Assembly: GCA_028864975.1 (NCBI GenBank)
Contig: JAGWLG010000030.1
Coordinates: forward strand, 1-44,062
Direction: 5' to 3'
From: Thermoplasmata archaeon
GTDB lineage: Archaea > Thermoplasmatota > Thermoplasmata > Lutacidiplasmatales > UBA184
DNA: 44,062 nt
Part shown: positions 27,190 to 35,619 of the stretch, piece after piece
How positions within the stretch are numbered: position 1 is the first letter of the stretch
How the letters are laid out: each line of letters starts with the position of its first letter
Notes under the pieces: generated by a model
The model's database searches: none
What the model saw: only the letters and a program-made list of their open reading frames with translations
Told to the model about the DNA's origin: nothing
Translations under genes and position numbers: made by a program

Positions 27190-28023
27190 GTGCCCGGCTC
27201 ACGAAAGGCGATCGCGATCCTCTCCATCGAGGGGACGAACTGCGACGAGGAGCTCGCGCGGGCCTTTCGCCTCCTGGGCGCAGCCCCCGAGATCGTCCAC
27301 TTGAAGCAGTTCGAGGGTCGTGACGTGGCGCCCGAGAAGCGGCGGCGGCTCTACGATTACGATGCCCTGATGGTCCCCGGGGGCTTCTCCGCCGGTGACT
27401 ACGTTCGTGCAGGAGCGGTCCTCGGCGCTCGGGTGAAGAGCGTTCTTGGGAAGGACCTCGCCGAGTTCGCCCGTGCGGGCCACCTGGTCGGGGGGATCTG
27501 CAACGGCTTCCAGGTCCTGGTCGAGATGGGGCTCCTTCCCGGGCGCCCACGCGACCTCCTCGGGGCCCCCCAGGCCGTCCTGAACACCAACGACTCCGCG
27601 CACTTCGAGTGCCGACCGACGTTCTGCCGATGGGAGGGAGGGAACTTCCGACCTCTGAAGGACCAGATGTCGAAGGGGACGGTCCTCTACATCCCCTCGG
27701 CCCACGGCGAGGGGAAGCTGATGCTCTCCGGCGAGAAGGGGGCCAGCCTACGCGAGCTCGAAGAGAACGGCCAAGTCCTCTTCCGGTGGGTCGACCCCGA
27801 GGGGCGGATCGCGGGGTACCCTTGGAACCCGAACGGCTCGGAGGGGAACGTCGCCGGTATCACCAACCGCGATGGGAACGTCTTTGGGCTCATGCCCCAC
27901 CCTGAGCGCTCGGTCTCGTTGCTCCAGTACCCGGACTACACCCGACGCGGAGCTTCCGACGGTCCCGGCGACGGTTGGCGTTTCCTCGAGGCGCTCGTCC
28001 GATACACCGAACGTGGAGGTTGA
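27190..28023 (+). CDS. purQ: Phosphoribosylformylglycinamidine synthase subunit PurQ
   Basis: GTNCDEE, VPGGFSAGDY, GICNGFQVL, HGEG, GLMPHPER. Confidence 0.96.
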   Translation: MPGSRKAIAILSIEGTNCDEELARAFRLLGAAPEIVHLKQFEGRDVAPEKRRRLYDYDALMVPGGFSAGDYVRAGAVLGARVKSVLGKDLAEFARAGHLVGGICNGFQVLVEMGLLPGRPRDLLGAPQAVLNTNDSAHFECRPTFCRWEGGNFRPLKDQMSKGTVLYIPSAHGEGKLMLSGEKGASLRELEENGQVLFRWVDPEGRIAGYPWNPNGSEGNVAGITNRDGNVFGLMPHPERSVSLLQYPDYTRRGASDGPGDGWRFLEALVRYTERGG

Positions 28024-28712
28024 CCTTGGCTCGCGGCGGCTCGGGGCCGACCGGGTCCGACAGCTCCGTGGGGATCTCTCGTGAGATCCGACGCTCCTGG
28101 GCCGAGACCTACAGCTCGACCCGGTACGACCAGCTGCCCTGGTTCTCTGCTCGTCCCGCTTCCTGGATCGAACGGGGGGTCCAGCAGGGCTGGCTTCGGA
28201 AGCGCGGGGGTCACTTGGATGTCGGGTGCGGCGCGGGGACGAACGTGCTCTGGCTGACCGCGCGGGGCTTTGTCGCCACGGGCGTCGACCTGGCTCCAGG
28301 TGCTATCGCTGCTGCGCGCCGACGGGCGAGCCGGACTCGAGGCGGGTCGCGCGCACGGTTTGTCGTCGGGGATGCCCTGGCTCTTCCCTTTCCAGAAGGG
28401 GCGTACGAGACCGCGAGCGACATCGGCTGCTTCCACTCGCTCCCTCCGCAGCGTCGCAGGGACTATGCCCGGGAGCTCTCACGCGTTCTGGTGCCCGGAG
28501 GCCGCTTGCTCCTTTCGTGGGTCGCGCGGGAAGCCACGCAGGAACGGGGTCCTCCGCATCGCCCGTCGGTCTTGGAGGTGGCGAACGCCCTGGAAGAACG
28601 CTTCCTGTTCCAGTTGTTGGAGTTCCGGGACGCCCGTCCGGGCCGGGATGAGCTCAGGACCTACTCGGTCGTCCTTCGCCGTCGTGCGGAGCCGCAGCCG
28701 CCGCCTAGGTGA
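28020..28712 (+). CDS. Class I SAM-dependent methyltransferase (TPMT/tellurite-resistance-like)
   Basis: LPW...LDVGCGAGTN...TGVDLAPGAI, DIGCFHSL; TTGA overlap with the purQ stop. Confidence 0.85.
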   Translation: MTLARGGSGPTGSDSSVGISREIRRSWAETYSSTRYDQLPWFSARPASWIERGVQQGWLRKRGGHLDVGCGAGTNVLWLTARGFVATGVDLAPGAIAAARRRASRTRGGSRARFVVGDALALPFPEGAYETASDIGCFHSLPPQRRRDYARELSRVLVPGGRLLLSWVAREATQERGPPHRPSVLEVANALEERFLFQLLEFRDARPGRDELRTYSVVLRRRAEPQPPPR

Positions 28713-29307
28713 CCTCGGAGGCCCGAAGTTCCAAGACCCAGAGCGTCTCGGCGGGCAGGACGCGGTCGCCGACCAGGTCGGAGATGACGACCCTGGAGCT
28801 TCGGACGGGTAGCCCCCGCGTCCGGATCGGAGCCTGCGGCAAGGACGCGACCAAGAGGTAGGCGCGACCGTCCTCGGTCAGGTGGTCGGGCAGTTCCTCG
28901 ATGAATCGCCGGACGAACGCGAGCCCGTCCTCCCCCCCGTCAACGGCCCGTTCCTGCCACACATCGGGATCGCTGAGCGAAGGGGAAGAGGGGAGGTAGG
29001 GTGGATTGGAAAGCACGACGTCGAATCGGCCGAGGCCCCGGAACAGGTCGGCCCGGACGGTGTCCAGCTGCAGACCGCGGGCCAGCGCTTCTTCCCGCAC
29101 GGCTTGGACGGCGTAGGGGTTCACATCTGACGCGACGACCCTTCCCCCGGCTCGAGCCGCGGAGAGCGAGGCGAGTCCCAGTCCACACCCGACCTCGAGC
29201 ACTCGCTCCCCGTTCTTCACACCGGCCGAAGAAGCGAGGAGCAGCGAGTCCTCCCGCGGGGGATAGACGTGAGGTCGTTCCGAGAGGTCGAGGTCCCACA
29301 GCCGCAC
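28705..29307 (-). CDS. HemK2/MTQ2-family N5-glutamine methyltransferase
   Basis: VYPPREDSLLL, LEVGCGLG, SDVNP, NPPY, GGEDG; GTG start at 29307 estimated. Confidence 0.9.
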   Translation of the reverse strand: MRLWDLDLSERPHVYPPREDSLLLASSAGVKNGERVLEVGCGLGLASLSAARAGGRVVASDVNPYAVQAVREEALARGLQLDTVRADLFRGLGRFDVVLSNPPYLPSSPSLSDPDVWQERAVDGGEDGLAFVRRFIEELPDHLTEDGRAYLLVASLPQAPIRTRGLPVRSSRVVISDLVGDRVLPAETLWVLELRASEVT

Positions 29308-29375
29308 GAACGCCCCCGGGAAGGGGGGCGTCACCTTTAGCTTCGACGGCGTGAACTTCCGGGGCGAGAGCAAGG

Positions 29376-30524
29376 TTGGCGACCGAGAATCGCGATTCCC
29401 CGACACTGCCGGGCCTCGTCCCGGTCCAAGAAGGCGGGACCGAGGTCCTGCTTCCGGCCTCGGCTCCGAGAAGCTCATCTCGGGGACCGGCGCATCGTGC
29501 CCCGGTCTTCTACAACCGGGCAATGGGCCTCTCTCGGGACCTCCACGTAGCGGTGGTCGAGGCCCTCGCGGCCCGGGTGGGACGTCCGCTACGGATCTGG
29601 GACGCGCTAGCGGCCAGCGGCGTTCGAGGTCTTCGGGCGTGTTCGGAGACCCGGGGGGTGGAGCTCCTCATCGCGACCGACCTGCAGCCACAAGCGGTCG
29701 CCGTCCTGTCGGAGAACGTTCGGAGGCTCGGCCTCGACAATGCCCTTGCCCGCTCCGCCGATGCTCATGTGGTCCCGCCCGAGGCGCCGTTCGACCTCGT
29801 GGACCTCGACCCCTACGGCTCCCCAATGCCTTTCCTCGAGACGGCGCTGGATGCCCTCCGCCCTGGGGGTGTGCTCGGGATCACCGCCACGGACATGCCC
29901 GTGCTAGCCGGTCCCCAGCGAACCGCGTGCGAGCGCCGCTATGGCGCTAGACCCCTCAGGAACTACCTGTGCCGAGAGGCTGGGCTTCGCATCCTCTTGG
30001 CCGCCGTGGCCAGAGCTGCAGCCCTGCGTGGGAGAAACGTTCGGCCGCTCCTTTCTTACGCGAGGGACCATCACGTGCGTTCGTACCTCGAGCTTGGGCC
30101 CGCCCGGGGGGACGAACCGCTCCCCGTCGGGTCTGTCCCCTTCGAAGGATACCAGGGCCCTCCGTTGCCCCACGGCACGAAGGGTGGACCGCTCTGGACG
30201 GGAAACCTCCACCATCGCGATCTTGTCCGTTCGCTGGAGCCACCCCGTTCACCCTCGGACCCGGAGGGGTTGCGCGCATGGATGGCGTGCTTGAAGGAGG
30301 AGGCGGAGGTCGACGTGCTCTTCTACTACTCGAGCGGCGAGGTCGGGAAACTGCTCCACCTACCGCGGTTGCCCCCTCTCGCCGCGGTCCTTGCCGGCCT
30401 TCGGGCACGCGGCTGGAGATCCGGACCGACTCCGATGGACAACGCGTCATGGCGAACCGACGCCCCATGGAGCGTCGTGAAGGGGGTCGTCCAAGACCTC
30501 GTCGACGGGGAGATCGCCCGGTGA
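29376..30524 (+). CDS. trm1: tRNA (guanine-26 N2)-dimethyltransferase Trm1
   Basis: PVFYNRAM...SRD, DALAASGVRGLR, VDLDPYGSP, GITATD, REAGLRILL. Confidence 0.92.
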   Translation: MATENRDSPTLPGLVPVQEGGTEVLLPASAPRSSSRGPAHRAPVFYNRAMGLSRDLHVAVVEALAARVGRPLRIWDALAASGVRGLRACSETRGVELLIATDLQPQAVAVLSENVRRLGLDNALARSADAHVVPPEAPFDLVDLDPYGSPMPFLETALDALRPGGVLGITATDMPVLAGPQRTACERRYGARPLRNYLCREAGLRILLAAVARAAALRGRNVRPLLSYARDHHVRSYLELGPARGDEPLPVGSVPFEGYQGPPLPHGTKGGPLWTGNLHHRDLVRSLEPPRSPSDPEGLRAWMACLKEEAEVDVLFYYSSGEVGKLLHLPRLPPLAAVLAGLRARGWRSGPTPMDNASWRTDAPWSVVKGVVQDLVDGEIAR

Positions 30525-30624
30525 TTCAAGAGGTCGGCGCGAACACGCTTGGCCGAGCAAGGGCGGGCGGAGAAACTCTTACCTGCTGGCAGCATCGTCA
30601 CTCCCAGAGAGAGGCAGAAGGGCC

Positions 30625-31236
30625 GTGGACACGATACCGTCACCTTTCGATCGCTTCATCGAGGTGAACCGGAATGAGCGATTTTACGCGTCATGGTACA
30701 GTGTCCCCGTCAAGGTCGATCAGCTAGGTCGCATCGACCGCGTTCCCGACGTCAAAGATGGGCTTCTCGTGCTCACGGACAAGGGGATGGTCCAGTGCGT
30801 CAAGCACTACAATTCCTCGACCGACTTCCGTACGTTCGCCACGGCGTATGCCTCCACCCGTATCATGGACGGGGTCACGCCACTTCTGAAGATCCCGTTC
30901 GGCGACCTGGTGGGACTGGACGCGGTTCGGATCCCGCCGCACCCCTATCAGCTTCTCGTGGTCAGATTCCATCGGGTTGCAGCATCCCCTGACGCACCCT
31001 ATCTCGAGGGAGGCCATCGACACCTGGTCATGGTCAAGCTGCTCCTGGGCCGGAAGACCGACCTCGAGGAGGTCTGGAACAAGATCCGAGCTGCGGGCCG
31101 CGCGGCGGGCTGCCCAGCCTTTCGGGACCCGGGGAGCGCATCGAAGCCTCTTCCTTCCACACGAGAGGGGGTCTTTGCGCAGGTGCCCGAGCCCGAGGAT
31201 AGCCCGATACGATTCAACGCGCAGGACGACCCCTAG
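30625..31236 (+). CDS. Hypothetical protein, PH-like fold candidate (paralogue A)
   Basis: Clear similarity to 31242-31847; GLLVLTDKG...KIPF pattern. Confidence 0.65.
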   Translation: MDTIPSPFDRFIEVNRNERFYASWYSVPVKVDQLGRIDRVPDVKDGLLVLTDKGMVQCVKHYNSSTDFRTFATAYASTRIMDGVTPLLKIPFGDLVGLDAVRIPPHPYQLLVVRFHRVAASPDAPYLEGGHRHLVMVKLLLGRKTDLEEVWNKIRAAGRAAGCPAFRDPGSASKPLPSTREGVFAQVPEPEDSPIRFNAQDDP

Positions 31237-31241
31237 GAACC

Positions 31242-31847
31242 ATGGACAGGATCCCCTCTCCGTTCGACGAGTACATCGTCGTGAACTCGGACGAACGACT
31301 CGTCGGCTGTTGGTACGGGGTCCCGGTTCGCCACGACCACGTCAGTGCTTGGGACAATCTTCCCATCGTGACGCATGGCCTGCTCCTTGTCACGAACAGG
31401 GGGCTCGTTCACTGCACGGAACAAGGAGAATACGTTCGGGAGTTACGGTCTTACGAGTTCCGGCCGACAGGAGTTGAGCCTAGTATCAAGATCCCGTTCT
31501 CCAAGATCCTAGATCTTCGCGTCATGACCTTCCAGGAGCGAGGAGGCATCAACCTCCTTGTCCTGAGCGTGACCTCCGACGTCGCCTCGAACTTCCCCAG
31601 CAGCACCAGCGACGAGGTCCAGGCAGGCGGCTTCGAGGTCCACTTCCTCATGGCGCAGAACGCGGACCTCGAAGAGATCCGGTCGAGCATCGCCCGAGCA
31701 CGTGACGAGGCGGCGTCGGCGGATGCTCCGCTGTCGAGTGACACTGCCTCTCAGGACTCGGCCGCTTCCCCGGACCCTGACCCCGACCCCTCGTCGCGCT
31801 CCGACGGCGGACCCATACGGTTCCACGCTGAGGACGACGCGGAGTAA
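31242..31847 (+). CDS. Hypothetical protein, PH-like fold candidate (paralogue B)
   Basis: Shares MDxIPSPFD, WYxVPV, GLL, KIPF, DLEE and C-terminal PIRFxAxDD with paralogue A. Confidence 0.65.
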   Translation: MDRIPSPFDEYIVVNSDERLVGCWYGVPVRHDHVSAWDNLPIVTHGLLLVTNRGLVHCTEQGEYVRELRSYEFRPTGVEPSIKIPFSKILDLRVMTFQERGGINLLVLSVTSDVASNFPSSTSDEVQAGGFEVHFLMAQNADLEEIRSSIARARDEAASADAPLSSDTASQDSAASPDPDPDPSSRSDGGPIRFHAEDDAE

Positions 31848-31946
31848 CGGAGCGAACTGGCCGCTCCTCGACGGATCGAGCCGAGAGACCGATGGAGAGG
31901 ACTGCGCGTAGCACCGGACCCACCGGCGAAGCTCTCGAGGGACCGG

Positions 31947-33080
31947 CTACTGGAGCTCTAGTTCCGAGGGCGAGCGGTCCAAAGATCGCGTGAAGGCGAG
32001 CTCGGCGATCGTGGCCGCGTGCTGCCGTGCGACCCCGATCCACCAGGAACAGAGGGAGAGCGAATGGCGCACCTCTCGCTTTCCCGCCATGCGGCGCAGC
32101 TTCGCGTCGGTGCGAAGCCACGCATCGATCGCTTCCTGCCGTGGTTCGATCGCCGCCTCGGCCTGGGAGGGGCTCTCAGACCGCAGGGCGCGAAGCGAGC
32201 GTCGCAGATTCTCCCGCAACGAAGCGACCCGCACCTGGAGGTCGCCCAACACCTCACGGGTCGAGGTGGGAGGACGACGCATCTTTCCGAGCGCAGAGGC
32301 AGCGGCCTCGACCGCGTCCGCGATGTCATCCAAGAGCCGAACCACCACCCGGGTCCCGAGGAGATGGCTGGACCGCGCGACCCCGAGCTGGCGTGCGAGG
32401 CGCGGGTCCTGCGAGGCCAGGTTCAGCTGGCGCAGGGCCAGGGCGTGAAGTCGACGGACCTCGACGCGCATGTCGGAAGCCTTCTGGAGGGCCTTCGAAG
32501 GCCCCTCCTCGAGGCCGCGCTCGAGGCGCTCGAGAAAGAGGTCCAGCGTGTACCCGACGCGCGTGATGACCTCGGCCACAGGGTGCGCCCCCGGGTCCAG
32601 GAAACTGGTCGCGACCAGCGACTTTGACGTGGCCTCGGTCAAGGTGAACCCCAGGAGCTCTCGCGCGGTCTGCTCGGCCGCGGCCCGGACCTCCTCAGCG
32701 ATCCCCTGTTCGGCCTGGATCTGGATGTGGTCGAATCCCAGGACATAGGCCGAGCGCAGCACCCGCTGGACCGTGTCGGGGGAATCGAGGTGCCGGGCGT
32801 GCACCCGGAAGAGCCGAGGCTCCGCCGCATGGGAAGATCTTTGGGGCGGGATCAAGCGAAGCTCCCCCTCGTCTCCCCCCATCCAGGAGACGGCCTGGCC
32901 GGGGTGGATCCCTTCCTTCTCGACCCAAGACTTGGGGAGGCTCACGACCAACGTGGTAGGCCCTGAGCGCTGGACCAGTCGAGGGACCGGGCGCCCTGGC
33001 GACGCGAGAGGTTCGGGCCGCGCACCGTCGGCCGGGGCCTTCGGCAGGCCCGCTGAGCGCCGTGCCATCCGAGGGGGCAT
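31947..33080 (-). CDS. Divergent AbrB-PhoU family regulator, last gene of the Ehr operon
   Basis: RLVQRSGPTTLVVSLPKSW AbrB motif; PhoU-like EVRRLHALALRQL and LDDIAD; starts 14 bp after the small-subunit stop, with an AGGAGG RBS. Confidence 0.82.
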   Translation of the reverse strand: MPPRMARRSAGLPKAPADGARPEPLASPGRPVPRLVQRSGPTTLVVSLPKSWVEKEGIHPGQAVSWMGGDEGELRLIPPQRSSHAAEPRLFRVHARHLDSPDTVQRVLRSAYVLGFDHIQIQAEQGIAEEVRAAAEQTARELLGFTLTEATSKSLVATSFLDPGAHPVAEVITRVGYTLDLFLERLERGLEEGPSKALQKASDMRVEVRRLHALALRQLNLASQDPRLARQLGVARSSHLLGTRVVVRLLDDIADAVEAAASALGKMRRPPTSTREVLGDLQVRVASLRENLRRSLRALRSESPSQAEAAIEPRQEAIDAWLRTDAKLRRMAGKREVRHSLSLCSWWIGVARQHAATIAELAFTRSLDRSPSELELQ

Positions 33081-33094
33081 GATCGAGGCCCCTC

Positions 33095-33988
33095 CTATGC
33101 CTTCCGCGCAGGCGCGGTCCGCTCTCCGTCGGGAAGCTCCCCTCGTCGGAGCCGTTGTTCGACCCTGCCGAGAGCGAGCCAAATTCCGTAGAGGAGCGCT
33201 TCAGGTCGGGGAGGGCAGCCGGGTACCCAGACGTCCACCGGGAGCACGGACGCGACACCCCCGAGCACCTCGGGAGACCCCCGGAAGGGACCGCCGGAGA
33301 TCCCGCATGCCCCCACGGCGATGACGAGCTTCGGCTCGGGGGTGGCGCGGAAGGTCTTCTCGAGGGCCAGACGCATGTTGACGGTGACCGGTCCCGTGAC
33401 CAGAAGACCGTCGGCGTGGCGGGGGGAAGCGACGAGGTGAATGCCCAGTCGTTCAAGGTCATAGTTAGGCCAGGCCAGCGCGCTCACTTCGACCTCACAT
33501 CCGTTGCAGCTCCCGGCATCCACCTCCCGAAGGGCGAGGGAGCCTCCGAAGAGCCGACGGACCCGTTCCTGGGTCTCTGCACGCATCCGTTCCGGGACGG
33601 ACGGCGCAACACTGCCGCGGGGGGAACCATGCATGACGATGAGGTCCCGAAGGTCGGTCACCGCGAGCTCGAAATCGGGACGCGCCTGGAGGGCGCCGGT
33701 GGGACAGACCTCGACGCATGCCCGACAGAAGACGCAACGTCCAAGGTCGAGCCGGAAGGACGATCCCCGTCCCTTCCCCTTGACGTCGATGGCCTGCGTC
33801 GGGCATGCCAGGGCGCACGCTCCCGTCCCCTCACATCTCTGCGCCGAGTGGGCCGGGGTTCGCGCGGGACCTGCGGGAGGCCTCGCTGGACCGAGAGGGA
33901 AGGGGTGGGTCACGATAGGACCCCGCACGCGGTCTGCGGGCCGGTAGGAGGAATGTCGTGTCTCAGGGGGAACCTCGGTCTCGCTCAT
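33095..33988 (-). CDS. Ehr small subunit: NuoI/HyfH-like ferredoxin fused to NuoB/HyfI-like [4Fe-4S] domain
   Basis: CEGTGACALACP and CVFCRACVEVCP; DAGSCNGCE, SPRHAD, GAC, PGCPPRP. Confidence 0.9.
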   Translation of the reverse strand: MSETEVPPETRHSSYRPADRVRGPIVTHPFPLGPARPPAGPARTPAHSAQRCEGTGACALACPTQAIDVKGKGRGSSFRLDLGRCVFCRACVEVCPTGALQARPDFELAVTDLRDLIVMHGSPRGSVAPSVPERMRAETQERVRRLFGGSLALREVDAGSCNGCEVEVSALAWPNYDLERLGIHLVASPRHADGLLVTGPVTVNMRLALEKTFRATPEPKLVIAVGACGISGGPFRGSPEVLGGVASVLPVDVWVPGCPPRPEALLYGIWLALGRVEQRLRRGELPDGERTAPARKA

Positions 33989-35619
33989 CGGTCGAACCCC
34001 GAATAGGACAGGTTGAGGCTCTTGTTGCAGAGCGGGAAGTCGGGAACGATGTTCTCCCGGACGGCATACTCGATCGCCGGCCAGTTGAGGAAGGACGGTT
34101 CGCGAACGTGGACCCGTTGAAGCGAGCCGTGGTCGATGCTCACCGCGAACAGGAACTCGCCTCGCGGCGACTCGACGATCCCCAGCCCGAACCGCTCTCC
34201 GCTCACGGAGGGGACGCCCCCATCGACCGAGACCGCCCCCCCAAGGGCCCCCCTCTTCAGGAAGGCCTGGGCGAGGCGGGAGGCTTCGCGGACCTCTTCG
34301 ACCTTGACACGCAGACGAGCTTCCACGTCTCCCGCGTCCTGGCGGGCCACTCGGACCTCTTCGTTCCGGTAGGCCCCGTACGGCCGGTCCCGACGTACGT
34401 CCCGATCGGCGCCGGAGGCACGGGCGGCAGGTCCCACCATGCCCAGGGCATCCGCCACGGCGAGGGGAACGGTACCCGTTCCACGGAGCCGGTCCATGAT
34501 GCTCGAGACCCCTTGGACATGGTCCAGGAGCTCCTCGGTCCCCCGGGCAAGCTCCTGGAGCTCGCGTGCGATCTTCCCAGGAACGAGGGTTGGTAGAGGG
34601 CGCGAAAGTCCGCCCACGCGAACCGTGCCGCGCCCCAGACGGGAACCGGTGAGGGATTCCAGAAGGCGGTACGCTCGGTCGCGGAGCACGTTCGCTTGGG
34701 CCGCACCCGCAGCATACCCGACGTCCAGAACGATACCGGAAACGTCGCCGAGGAGGAAGGCGATCCGTTCGGTTTCGAGCAGGAGACCCCGCGCCGCTTC
34801 CACGGGAGCGGGGAGGGAAGGCGTTTCGAGCGCCCCCTCGACCGCGCTCGCGTAGGCCACGGCCCCCGCGACCGAGTGGTCACCCGAGATGGACTCCGCA
34901 AGCAGCACCCCCTTCTGGGGGTCGCGCCCTTGCCAGAGACGTTCGGTCCCTTTGTGCGTGTACCCCAGGCGCACCTCCAGGTCGAGGATCTGCTCTCCCA
35001 GGGCCTGGAATCGGAAGTGGCCCGGCTCAATGACCCCGGCGTGGACCGGGCCGACCGGGATCTCGTAGACCCCCTCGCCCTCCACGGGAGCGAAGTCGAA
35101 CCGCGAGCGGTCCGCTTCCGGGGCCGCTCCCTCTCCGCGCATCGGGGGCGCACGGTGCCGATGATGCAGGAGGAGTGGACGCGTGTCAGGGCTGCCAGCG
35201 AACTCCACGCCGAACATCTCGGCGACCTCCCGTTCGAAGTAGAGCGCGGGCGCGACCTCGGGAGAAAGGGTGGGAAGCTCGAGCGATCCCTCCGGCAGGC
35301 TGGCGTAGAGATGCACGCCTCGGGTCCCCGAACCCCCCAACCAGAGCGCGTGGACCCTCACACGATCTCGGGCGTCCTCACCCCACAGGGTCGCGAGGCG
35401 ATGTTGGAGGACGGGTCTCAGCGAGAGCGCAACGCTCCTCCAAGAGCCGCGGGGGACCTCTCCCGTCCAGGGACCGCGTGCGGCCTCCCCTGTAGGGTCC
35501 TTCAGGCCCAGGTTGCGGGCCCACTTCCCTTCGTCCGCCGCCGTAGGCACCGGCCTTATCGCGGGCAAGGCGACGGCCGCGACGGAGGCCTCGTCCCCCT
35601 CGTAGGGGATCTCCTTCAC
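33985..35619 (-). CDS. Ehr large subunit (NuoC+NuoD/HycE-like) lacking Ni-Fe cysteine ligands
   Basis: GPVHAGVIEPGHFRF, LGYTHKG; L1 site reads ESISGDH and L2 site reads DFPLCNKSLNLSYSG; GTGA overlap with the hyfF stop at 35616-35619. Confidence 0.9.
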   Translation of the reverse strand: MKEIPYEGDEASVAAVALPAIRPVPTAADEGKWARNLGLKDPTGEAARGPWTGEVPRGSWRSVALSLRPVLQHRLATLWGEDARDRVRVHALWLGGSGTRGVHLYASLPEGSLELPTLSPEVAPALYFEREVAEMFGVEFAGSPDTRPLLLHHRHRAPPMRGEGAAPEADRSRFDFAPVEGEGVYEIPVGPVHAGVIEPGHFRFQALGEQILDLEVRLGYTHKGTERLWQGRDPQKGVLLAESISGDHSVAGAVAYASAVEGALETPSLPAPVEAARGLLLETERIAFLLGDVSGIVLDVGYAAGAAQANVLRDRAYRLLESLTGSRLGRGTVRVGGLSRPLPTLVPGKIARELQELARGTEELLDHVQGVSSIMDRLRGTGTVPLAVADALGMVGPAARASGADRDVRRDRPYGAYRNEEVRVARQDAGDVEARLRVKVEEVREASRLAQAFLKRGALGGAVSVDGGVPSVSGERFGLGIVESPRGEFLFAVSIDHGSLQRVHVREPSFLNWPAIEYAVRENIVPDFPLCNKSLNLSYSGFDR

